Shown in pieces: positions 24,769 to 33,195 of a stretch of DNA of 44,445 nt. The position numbers and the translations under genes were made by a program. Every line of letters begins with the position of its first letter. The stretch's first letter is position 1. Origin of the DNA: a virus. Taxonomy: Duplodnaviria > Caudoviricetes. The notes beneath the pieces are model-generated. The model did not search any database, was not told the DNA's origin, and saw only the letters and a list, made by a program, of their open reading frames with translations. Location: positions 1 through 44,445 of the IMG/VR virus record IMGVR_UViG_3300017747_002536; one strand, given 5' to 3'.

Positions 24769-25028
24769 CTTCGCATTGTCACCATGTCGCCCAGTTCATG
24801 CGGTTTCATATCGCCCATCTCCCGAGTAGGAAGATTAGGGCTCTGCTTGACCGCAACGTCGAAGTTGGGAATGATGATCTCCTGCCGTGGGCTGAACCGC
24901 CCTTTAACCGCATCCCTCGCGTGGTCAATCATGCCGAGTGCGAGTTTCACGTCCCCGATATTGCCTTGCACCGACATTGCGCCGTTAGCGTGAAGGTTAA
25001 TCACGATCTGGGCTACGACATCACTCAT
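24765..25028 (-). CDS. hypothetical protein
   Basis: 4-bp overlaps on both sides. Confidence 0.55.
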   Translation of the reverse strand: MSDVVAQIVINLHANGAMSVQGNIGDVKLALGMIDHARDAVKGRFSPRQEIIIPNFDVAVKQSPNLPTREMGDMKPHELGDMVTMRR

Positions 25029-25453
25029 TCATCAATTACGCAGTTGATGTCCGAAGCAACCGTCGTGCTGATGTTCCAACAAACGAGAGAGCTGGACACC
25101 GGAATCTTGAGCCCCCGAGGGAATGTCCAAACGATTCCCACTCCAAGCGTGGCCGAGAGGTTAGCCCTGCGGTGGAAGATCAGCGGCACGGTTGGGCTGG
25201 TTGCCCAAGATAGGGAGCCTGCCGTAACACAAGCCGGGTCGCCGGGGTGGTCGCGCTGGAATAGCACGTTCACCGGAGTAAGCCCGATAGCTTGCGGACG
25301 GCCTAAGCCGATCTGTTGAGCCGTCGCGGTTGCCGAGATGTACGAAAACTCCAAGACGTTGGCGATAACCGACGCGGTGGTCCGGTACTCGACGTTTGCC
25401 GTGGTGGTTGTGGTGAACGTGGTCGTTCGTTGAGCGAGGGATGCGATTGCCAT
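25025..25453 (-). CDS. virion structural protein (putative)
   Basis: Thr-rich beta protein in the tail operon; AGGA RBS. Confidence 0.55.
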   Translation of the reverse strand: MAIASLAQRTTTFTTTTTANVEYRTTASVIANVLEFSYISATATAQQIGLGRPQAIGLTPVNVLFQRDHPGDPACVTAGSLSWATSPTVPLIFHRRANLSATLGVGIVWTFPRGLKIPVSSSLVCWNISTTVASDINCVIDE

Positions 25454-25461
25454 AAGTGTTC

Positions 25462-25881
25462 CTAGGTGATAGTCAAGATGCCAGCGGATGCGTCGAAGTC
25501 AAGGGTGAAAGGTTCACCAACAGCGGGAGAGATAGACGAGCCACGGTCCCAGTAGCCGATGAGTTCATCGTTACTCGCCGTGTCGTTGTAGAGAACTGCG
25601 TAGCGGAAGGTGTCAATGTTGCCGCCCGAAGGAGTGAACACAACATCGTTCCCGACCAGCTTATAGACCCCAGCGGCTTGGCTAGACGCCGTGATGGTGA
25701 CGGCAGTACCGCCAGCCGTGTACCCGTTGCCGGGTGTAATCTCGGTGATGTCTACCTTGACGGTATTGGCCGCGCTAGGTGCTGAGTTCGTCAGCATGAT
25801 CTTGAGCGTGTCGCTGCCAAGGTTGTGGACTTTCTCGGCAAGTGACTCGGTGAAGCTGTTGAATTTCGTGAAGGTCGCCAT
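25462..25881 (-). CDS. tail structural protein, GYTAGG family (paralog of 36513-36926)
   Basis: TLKIMLTNS...GNGYTAGG...RYAVLYND...LIGYWD. Confidence 0.65.
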   Translation of the reverse strand: MATFTKFNSFTESLAEKVHNLGSDTLKIMLTNSAPSAANTVKVDITEITPGNGYTAGGTAVTITASSQAAGVYKLVGNDVVFTPSGGNIDTFRYAVLYNDTASNDELIGYWDRGSSISPAVGEPFTLDFDASAGILTIT

Positions 25882-25908
25882 GCTGATTTACCGGACTTTG
25901 CGAAAAGT

Positions 25909-25917
25909 TGTTATAAT
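25909..25917 (+). promoter_or_regulatory. extended -10 promoter for a leaderless moron transcript
   Basis: TG-T-TATAAT ending 6 nt before GTG at 25924; no SD. Confidence 0.65.
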
Positions 25918-25923
25918 GGGCGC

Positions 25924-26250
25924 GTGAGACGGTTTTGGAACTGGTTCGAGCCGATCATGCTCCCCGTGCTGATCTGCACGATCATTGGGGCTACAGGGCT
26001 CGTTGCCGCCGTGTTCTCTGTGATCGTCGGGCAGTACGTGGAAGGGCTAGTCTGCGCCGTGGTTGGCGTGTTATTCGCCCGTATCCCGCTGGCCTACATT
26101 AAGGAGCGGGCGGAGGGAATTGCGAACCCTTCTTTGCTTTCGGCTTCGGGTACTTATACGTCCCCTGCACCTTCTGAACAGACTTCTCAAGCATCGTCGG
26201 CTTCGTATTCTTCGGATACCGACCAGTCGAACCACCAAGAAACTCCTTGA
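25924..26250 (+). CDS. moron: two-TM membrane protein, antisense to the virion operon (superinfection-exclusion candidate)
   Basis: Two hydrophobic helices, own promoter, only plus-strand gene in the late arm. Confidence 0.6.
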   Translation: MRRFWNWFEPIMLPVLICTIIGATGLVAAVFSVIVGQYVEGLVCAVVGVLFARIPLAYIKERAEGIANPSLLSASGTYTSPAPSEQTSQASSASYSSDTDQSNHQETP

Positions 26251-29200
26251 TACCTTCGGTGGCCGCCGCTACCGGACCTTCTAGCCCCCAGGTCTCTTTC
26301 ATTGACTGAGCAATGAGCGGAGCAAAAGCAATGAGCCCCTCGCGTTCTTCTTCTGACTTGAAGCCCGATAGCGGGTCTTTGGGGTTAGGGTTGCCGATTG
26401 ATCGCTGGTATGCGATGGAGCCTTGAGAGTAGAGTTGCTTAACCGGGCTAATCGTCCGGCTAATCATCTTCCCGCCCGTCGTGACCACATCTTCCCCGTA
26501 GTCGGGGCCAAACACGGTTAAGCCCATCCGCACCATGTCCCTGAGTCGCGGGGCAATTCCTGCCGTCACGTCCCAAGTCTTGTCGCCCTTGCGGAGCTTG
26601 CCAAAGTCGGTATGAGACGGGTCGTACTGGATCTCGTACCCCGCCAGTTGTGCGACCTGCATAAGCCCGATAATCTCCGCCGCCGTGGTTGCCATCTGCT
26701 TGACGTTATCCCTTGCCCCTCGGTTGCCCTTGAGTGCTTGGACGCCGCTGATAGCAGGGTCTGCCAGAAGTTGCCACCGTGAAGCCTCGTAACGCGGGGA
26801 AGTCATAATAACGTCCAAGGCATCACCTATCGCGCCGGGAACTTTTGCCCCTCGCCCGGTTGCCGCATTGATGAACCGCGCCCGCGCCTTGAGTTCATCG
26901 GGAGAGTAGCCAAGTTTCAGAGCCCGGTCAAACGTATCGGTGCGAATCTGGTTGATGAATACGTGCTGGAACCGTTCAAGCCCGCCGCCGAAGTTTCTAA
27001 GTCCGGGGATAGCCTTGATAAGTTGGGTGAATGATATTTCCTCTGGATCGTTATACATATCCGAGAGTTGGAGCCCTGCCTTCTTTCGCGCAACCGCCGC
27101 CAGACTTCCATTAACCCGACGCTCATTTATGGCGCGGGTGTATTTCATCGCCTGAACCTCGGAGAACATCGCTTTCGTTGCGCTGCCGACCGCTCTAGCC
27201 GCCTCTACTGGCCTTGCCCATGCGAATAACCCTTGACGGGTCAACATCCCAAGGTCAGCCCCTAGCTGAGTTCCGCGAACAAGTCCGACCGTGCCTTTGA
27301 TGATCTTGGCGGGGCGGCTCAAGTTATGGTTATCAATCATCTTGCGGACACGGGCATCATAAATGTCCTTTTCCGCCTTGAGGTCTTCCAGTTGTTTGTC
27401 TACCGGGGCCTTTCGCTTAGGTGTGACAAGGAACCGCCCTTCGTCAAGTTCGCCGCGCAATCGGTCGATCTCGTCTTCCATCTTGAGTACGCGGTCTTGA
27501 TACCGCCACATATCGCCAAACTCTTTCTCGGCTTGCTTTGCCAAGGTGTCAGCCTCTAGTTTTGCCTGCCGCGCCTTTTCTTTGGCCCGCTTGACGGATA
27601 GTTTCTCGGTGGCTTTCTCCGCGTCCTCTACGTTCTTGAGGGCTTGCCGTTCTAGCCTTGCTGCCTCCCGCTCTGCTAGACGTGCCTTCTGCCGAGCCGC
27701 CGATACCTTAGCCTTCGCCGCTTGCTCTGCCTTGGTGCCTGTGGATTGAGCCTTGGACTCGCGCCGTATTCGATCAATCTCCTTCTGAATCTCCGACCGT
27801 GTGCGAGTTGGCCCTTCGGCAGACATATTGTCGATGACGTCCTGCCGGGAGATAGATTCGCCAGTCTCTTCCTTGAATACCTGCTGAATCTTCTTGACTA
27901 CATCGTCTAGGTTTGCAACCCCTAACTTCACGTAATCTGTTGCTAGTTCTCTGATGATCGGAGCAATGTCGGGGTTGATGCCAGCCGCGCCGCCGCGTTT
28001 GCCGCCCTTGACGCCAGACTTTGCCCATGCTTTCTTGAGGGCTTCACGATTCCGAGCGATATTGTTCTGAATCTGGACCTTGTTGGCCCGTGGGGAAGTC
28101 CTTGCCGCCTTTACGAGTTCCTGCGCCCGAGCTTCGGGAGCCATCGCCTCTAGTTCGTCTAGCTTCTTTTGGAGTTCCGCAACCTTGGCAGTCTCAGCCT
28201 CAAGTTTCGCCGCCGTCTTCGGGTCTACCGTCTTGCCGAATCTCTCGGCTTCTGCAATAACCGCCGCGAAGTCCCCTGTATCAACATCGGCCCCACCTTG
28301 GAGTGACCGTCCAACGTCTGACCACCTGCCCTTACCCGCTTGAATGTTCTGCTCGTAGTCCCTTATGGCCTCTCGCGCAGCCTCATATTCCCGCCGCAAC
28401 TTGCCGTTTGTTGGGTCAGTCTTGAGTTTCGCCGCAAGATCGTTCAGGTTCGCCAGCATCCGGCGTTTGCCCGCAAGGAGTATCCCAACTTTCTCACCCG
28501 TCAGTTCTTCATCACCCTTGCCAACTCGGTACGCAAGGTCTTCGTAGTCCGGTCGTTCGGCTTGATTGAGAATATCTTCCCCAACCTTCTGCCACTCCTT
28601 AGCCGACTTGCCAGTACTGGACAAAACCTCATCTAGTGCGCCGTCCGCCGCTTCTTTCGCTTGGACTTGGTTAGCGAGCCCTGTGGACTTAACTGGCTCA
28701 TCCGGTACCGCCGACTCTGCCTTGGCAGGCTTGGGCGGTGGCACGTCTTCTGGCTTGACTGCCTCTGCCTTGGGAGTTGGCACGGCATCTGTCCCCGCTT
28801 TCGGCACGTCTGCGGACGGGGACACCGTGGCCTGCCCTTCTGAGGGCTCCTGCGATGTTCCGCCCGCAGATGTGTTTCCCTTTATGTCTTCCACCCGGCT
28901 TACGGGTGGTTCCACCTGCTTTACGGGGGGGATTGTGGGGGTGTCTGTGAAGTTCCAATCATCCGCCGCTTGTACCCAATTGCCGCCAGGTTTAGTTAAT
29001 GCGTCGGCGGGCACTAATTCCTCAATGCCAGACTCGCTGCGAAGCCGAAACGCTGGAGCCCCAGTCTTGCCCTTTGCCGCTGGCATTGTCCCGCGACTAA
29101 CAATAGTAAATTTCTCGCCCGCTCCCCTTGCCCCATTGCCGAAGTCGATAAGGTGGAACGTGTCCCCTTCACCAGCCTCCCCGCGCATCTGACGCTCCAC

Positions 29201-30400
29201 TCGTACCTGCTGGTCTGGCGTTAGCTCGTTGAAGTTCTTGACTCTTTGCGGCTGTACGGGCGGAACCTCATCTAGCCCCTGTCTCAAGTCAGGCACAACG
29301 CCAGGATCGTAGCCAGCGGCCTCTTGCGGGACAAACTCATCTAGCTTTCGCGCTACGTCATCGACTTTGCCCGCTACATCGTCCGCAATCAGCCCCGCCG
29401 CCTGGAGTGCTTTGCGTTGCTGAGACATTGCGCCGAGTATCTTACTGATGCCCGGTACAGCCCTAAGCGCGGCAAAGTCCATCGTGGCGACATTCGCGGT
29501 AAATGCTATCGCCGCCTCCGTTCGTCTGCGCGGGTCTAAGTTGGGGTCGTTCATCCGCCCAAAATCGGCCGCAAGTTCCAGAGGCAAACTAGCCGCCATC
29601 TTCACCGCTTGTTCTGTGCCGCTCTGTCCCGGTTCGGGGTTCATAAAGCCGCCTGTGTTGAATTGGCCGATCTGTGGCAGGCTCCCCATGTCGAAGTTTT
29701 GCAGGGCATCTATCGCCGACTCTCCGGCCTTCGTAATGTTCTCAGGGCCGATGACCTTAGCGATTGCCCCGGCGGCCCCGATTGAGCCAACGGTATCCAT
29801 AACAGGGGCGAAGATCTGAGCGATGTCGTTCTGTAAATCGTCTACTGTGAACTTGCCATCCGTCAGGTAGTCATCTGTGCCGACCGCCGCCGCGCCTGTT
29901 TGCCCAGCTTCGGCAGAATCCCCCGCCGCCCGAGCCGCACGAAACTCTGATACCTCGCGCTTGACGCCTGCCTTATCCTTTCGGAAACGTGTGGTCAGTT
30001 CCTTGAGGGCTTTCGGGTCTACGTCGCCTTTCTCAGACAGAATCCAGACGGCAGACTTGAAGTCCTGCTCATCTTCTGGGGTCATCTTCTTGGGGAGTTC
30101 CCGCCGCGCCCTAGAGAAAGACGCCTCGAACGAGCCAGGAGCCTGTTCCTTGCGGGTCTGGGCGGCAGAACGCTTATCCGTAGGGGTAACGACTTTGCGG
30201 AAGGTAGACGGGCCTGTAGCGGCTTGCGCTTTCTTGACCTGATCTTCCTGCGGGTCACCAACGGGGGCGAACGCCTGCTCGACTATCTTCTGGAACTCGC
30301 TAGGGGCCTTGGGCTTGGGTTTGGCGCGTTTGGCCTGTGCCAGTTTTGCCGAGCCCGCTTGTTGCTGTTTTGCTATCGAATCGAAGAAGGAGTTACCCAT
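26099..30400 (-). CDS. large internal virion (DNA ejection) protein
   Basis: 1433 aa, Ala/Lys/Glu-rich coiled coils; third of three genes after the nozzle, as in podoviruses. Confidence 0.65.
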   Translation of the reverse strand: MGNSFFDSIAKQQQAGSAKLAQAKRAKPKPKAPSEFQKIVEQAFAPVGDPQEDQVKKAQAATGPSTFRKVVTPTDKRSAAQTRKEQAPGSFEASFSRARRELPKKMTPEDEQDFKSAVWILSEKGDVDPKALKELTTRFRKDKAGVKREVSEFRAARAAGDSAEAGQTGAAAVGTDDYLTDGKFTVDDLQNDIAQIFAPVMDTVGSIGAAGAIAKVIGPENITKAGESAIDALQNFDMGSLPQIGQFNTGGFMNPEPGQSGTEQAVKMAASLPLELAADFGRMNDPNLDPRRRTEAAIAFTANVATMDFAALRAVPGISKILGAMSQQRKALQAAGLIADDVAGKVDDVARKLDEFVPQEAAGYDPGVVPDLRQGLDEVPPVQPQRVKNFNELTPDQQVRVERQMRGEAGEGDTFHLIDFGNGARGAGEKFTIVSRGTMPAAKGKTGAPAFRLRSESGIEELVPADALTKPGGNWVQAADDWNFTDTPTIPPVKQVEPPVSRVEDIKGNTSAGGTSQEPSEGQATVSPSADVPKAGTDAVPTPKAEAVKPEDVPPPKPAKAESAVPDEPVKSTGLANQVQAKEAADGALDEVLSSTGKSAKEWQKVGEDILNQAERPDYEDLAYRVGKGDEELTGEKVGILLAGKRRMLANLNDLAAKLKTDPTNGKLRREYEAAREAIRDYEQNIQAGKGRWSDVGRSLQGGADVDTGDFAAVIAEAERFGKTVDPKTAAKLEAETAKVAELQKKLDELEAMAPEARAQELVKAARTSPRANKVQIQNNIARNREALKKAWAKSGVKGGKRGGAAGINPDIAPIIRELATDYVKLGVANLDDVVKKIQQVFKEETGESISRQDVIDNMSAEGPTRTRSEIQKEIDRIRRESKAQSTGTKAEQAAKAKVSAARQKARLAEREAARLERQALKNVEDAEKATEKLSVKRAKEKARQAKLEADTLAKQAEKEFGDMWRYQDRVLKMEDEIDRLRGELDEGRFLVTPKRKAPVDKQLEDLKAEKDIYDARVRKMIDNHNLSRPAKIIKGTVGLVRGTQLGADLGMLTRQGLFAWARPVEAARAVGSATKAMFSEVQAMKYTRAINERRVNGSLAAVARKKAGLQLSDMYNDPEEISFTQLIKAIPGLRNFGGGLERFQHVFINQIRTDTFDRALKLGYSPDELKARARFINAATGRGAKVPGAIGDALDVIMTSPRYEASRWQLLADPAISGVQALKGNRGARDNVKQMATTAAEIIGLMQVAQLAGYEIQYDPSHTDFGKLRKGDKTWDVTAGIAPRLRDMVRMGLTVFGPDYGEDVVTTGGKMISRTISPVKQLYSQGSIAYQRSIGNPNPKDPLSGFKSEEEREGLIAFAPLIAQSMKETWGLEGPVAAATEGIKEFLGGSTGRYPKNTKPTMLEKSVQKVQGTYKYPKPKAKKGSQFPPPAP

Positions 30401-31768
30401 TTACTTGCCGATCTTCCCGCGTATAGTTGGCGAGCTTGGTTGGTATTGCTGACCGCCTGGGCCAACGATAGAAGCGCCGCCGCCCATCGGGTCAAACGGT
30501 GGGACGCTGTTCATCTCTTCCTTGATGGCGTTGCGTTTGTCGTAGGCTTGTTGCAACCCCTGACGCTGGCGACGCAGGGCATCTATCACGTCCTTGGTCT
30601 TCTGGGCCCACTCAACGCGCATGAGGTTCTCAGGGTTTTGCGGGTCCGATAAGATGGCAAGGGCCTCGGCATACTTGGACGCCAACTTTTGATTGAACGC
30701 CGCCACGCTGCCGGGTGAACCGTTCGGGAGTTCCGTGACGCCAAGATGGGCCATTGCTTCTTCCTGAGCCTTGCGTACTTGCCCTTCGTAGGTCTTGACT
30801 TCCGCGTTGAATTCCGCGAGAGACTTGTTGACCTCAGCCTGTGCCGCCTCGCCTACCATGCGCCCCTCTCGGGTGTTGAACTGCCGAGCGTTCTCTGCGA
30901 ACTGTTTCCACGCAAGGTCTAGCCGGGAGTAGGCGATAGCTGTAGCCTCTGGCATGAGCCGCGTTTCTTCGGCAAGGTTCTTAGCCCGTTCGTCGTCTAC
31001 CTTAGTGGCCGACTTGATCTTGGCAATACGAGCATCGCGGGTAGCGGTAATGTCCTCTGCCCTTGTGTTGGCAAGCCCGGCATTAGCGTTGGCAAGCCCC
31101 GTCTGTGCGCCGAGCAGATTGGCCTTTTCTGCCGTCTGCTTTGCGTCAATCTCTTTTACAATCCGGTCGGCTTCCGCAAACGTCATGCCGGGGAACGATT
31201 CCATCATGCGTTGAATCTTCGCCGCTGGGTCGTTCTTCCGGGCCCCCACAAGTTCCATCGCCTGATCGTGGTCGCGCTCATCTTTCGCCTTCGCCGCCTT
31301 AGACGCCATATCCGACTCACGCCGCTTAACCCGGCCTTCCGTGATCTGGCCTTCTGCGCCAAGTCGGTACTGATCGGCCTTGTTCGCGCCCATCTGTTGC
31401 TGTGCCTGAGCGAGTGCCATTTGCGTAGCGTTCTGGTGGGCAAGTTGAATCTCTTGCTGCCGCCGCTGGTTGTAGTTCTGTTCCTCTTGAGCAATCTCCC
31501 GAGGGTCAATGCCGGAACCGATGGCAAACAGTTTCGCAAGTTGGAGCAAGCCTTTCTCCTCTTTCCCCATCGTCGGCATCGTGGGCATATTCGGCTGAAT
31601 CATCGCCCCTTGCGCTTGGAGTTCAGCCATGCGGCGTTGCTGATCTTCCAGCATCCCGAGTTCGCTGCTGTAGCCAACCGCGTTGTTTACGCCTTGGTAC
31701 GCCTGAGTTGGCGGCTGAATCTGGCCCGCAGTCGGGTTAAGTGCCGCGAGTAAGGATTTTGGAATCAT
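30401..31768 (-). CDS. internal virion (ejection) protein
   Basis: Gln/Ala-rich helical 455 aa protein; synteny. Confidence 0.6.
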   Translation of the reverse strand: MIPKSLLAALNPTAGQIQPPTQAYQGVNNAVGYSSELGMLEDQQRRMAELQAQGAMIQPNMPTMPTMGKEEKGLLQLAKLFAIGSGIDPREIAQEEQNYNQRRQQEIQLAHQNATQMALAQAQQQMGANKADQYRLGAEGQITEGRVKRRESDMASKAAKAKDERDHDQAMELVGARKNDPAAKIQRMMESFPGMTFAEADRIVKEIDAKQTAEKANLLGAQTGLANANAGLANTRAEDITATRDARIAKIKSATKVDDERAKNLAEETRLMPEATAIAYSRLDLAWKQFAENARQFNTREGRMVGEAAQAEVNKSLAEFNAEVKTYEGQVRKAQEEAMAHLGVTELPNGSPGSVAAFNQKLASKYAEALAILSDPQNPENLMRVEWAQKTKDVIDALRRQRQGLQQAYDKRNAIKEEMNSVPPFDPMGGGASIVGPGGQQYQPSSPTIRGKIGK

Positions 31769-32448
31769 CGGTCAAATGCCCTCCGTACTCCCGCGTACGG
31801 GTTGAACTGGCCAGACTGGCCACGCCCCGCAATGTCTGGAATCATCGTCATCCCCGCACTGTAAAGGCTCCCCAATAGACTAGGTTGAACCTGTTGCGTC
31901 CCGTAGTTCTGCATTGCCATAGAGTTGCCTTGCCCAATAAGGGAGTTGACCGCGCCCATACTCTGCGCGATGTTGCCGAAGTCGTATAACCCTGCTCTTT
32001 GCATCTGTTGTCCTGCCATTCTCTGCGGGTCAAGTAGGGATAGTTGAATCTGGCCCGATTGGTCGTTCGCCTGATTCATCGCCCCGAGCCTTGCGCCTTG
32101 CTGAACCGACTCGCCGTACCCCCGCTGCTGGAGTTGTTTGGCTTGCCCCATGCCTTGCGCCGTTGCGCCAGACTTGATACGTTGGGCGATACTGCGGGCG
32201 AGACTTGTGTTGTTCGCCGGGTCAAGGGCCTTGTACGCGCCGTCGATGGCGTTGAACCGATTCCCCATGTTCTGACCGTAGAAGTCGAATTCTTGTTGGG
32301 TGAACGGGCTGAGCATCCCGAGGTACTGATTGACCTGCCCCGCATACGGGGATTCGAAACCACCCGAACGCCGTTCTTCATTCATCCCGAGCGCATTGCC
32401 GAGAAGTCCTGCCCCTAACGATAAACCTTGTGTGAGAAAACTACCCAT
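31765..32448 (-). CDS. small internal virion (ejection/pilot) protein
   Basis: Gly-rich hydrophobic N-terminus GLSLGAGLLGNALG, Gln-rich body; position like P22 gp7/T7 gp14. Confidence 0.6.
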   Translation of the reverse strand: MGSFLTQGLSLGAGLLGNALGMNEERRSGGFESPYAGQVNQYLGMLSPFTQQEFDFYGQNMGNRFNAIDGAYKALDPANNTSLARSIAQRIKSGATAQGMGQAKQLQQRGYGESVQQGARLGAMNQANDQSGQIQLSLLDPQRMAGQQMQRAGLYDFGNIAQSMGAVNSLIGQGNSMAMQNYGTQQVQPSLLGSLYSAGMTMIPDIAGRGQSGQFNPYAGVRRAFDR

Positions 32449-32743
32449 TGACTTTAACCTCGAAAACTGCCCGCTTGAAAATCCTTGTGCCGCTGATGGT
32501 CGCCGCGAGTTCTGCGTTCTCCGTCCAAAACACTCCGGTCTGCAAACCCCACTCCCGAGCCTCTTGCAAACCCCGCTGAATGAGCATCGCCGCCCCGTGC
32601 TTGCCGCCTGCGCTCTCTAGTTCTGAAAACTGGGCGTTACCGTCTTTTTGCGCCGTCACTCTGACCGCGCCAATCCTTTCGCCACGGTCAACCAGATAGA
32701 AGCGGACATCGCCTTCCGTGATCTCATCGCGCTCTATCGTCAC
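32441..32743 (-). CDS. GNAT-fold-like virion assembly protein (putative)
   Basis: GGKHGAAMLIQRGLQEAREWG resembles GNAT motif A; lies between nozzle and ejection genes. Confidence 0.4.
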   Translation of the reverse strand: MTIERDEITEGDVRFYLVDRGERIGAVRVTAQKDGNAQFSELESAGGKHGAAMLIQRGLQEAREWGLQTGVFWTENAELAATISGTRIFKRAVFEVKVNG

Positions 32744-33195
32744 CGCTCTAACCTCTCATCCGGTGGCCCGTACCATCCGATGATCGAAACATCGAACTCA
32801 ACCCACCCGGTCGTTCCGGTATCCACTACCACCTGCCAGTCAAACGTACTCATCTTGCCTAGCGGCTGAATGACCTGCGTCTGGAGCTTCGCTCCCGCGA
32901 TTCTCACCGACCGAGCTGATACCGCCGCCGATGAACGAGACTGGAAAACCATGTCGTTGTCATCTGAGTGAACTGTCACCGATAGCAGAACCGCCTGAGC
33001 GTCAGGCGGGACGTAAGCGGATACATTGACCTTCGCCCACGTTGTAGCGGATGTCGTGCCGCTCCCAACGCTGACCGCAAGCCGCTCATGGAACCCGAAC
33101 CGCTCACCCGACTCTAGTACCGCTTCTTCTTTCGGCTGATACGTGAGTTTGCCTGTGAGCTTGCCCGTCTTAGGAGCCGCGTCTAACCGCTTCAC
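32740..33195 (-). CDS. tail-associated protein
   Basis: GTG overlapping the nozzle stop; VSAYVPPDAQAVLLSV...IIGWY beta domain. Confidence 0.55.
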   Translation of the reverse strand: MKRLDAAPKTGKLTGKLTYQPKEEAVLESGERFGFHERLAVSVGSGTTSATTWAKVNVSAYVPPDAQAVLLSVTVHSDDNDMVFQSRSSAAVSARSVRIAGAKLQTQVIQPLGKMSTFDWQVVVDTGTTGWVEFDVSIIGWYGPPDERLER

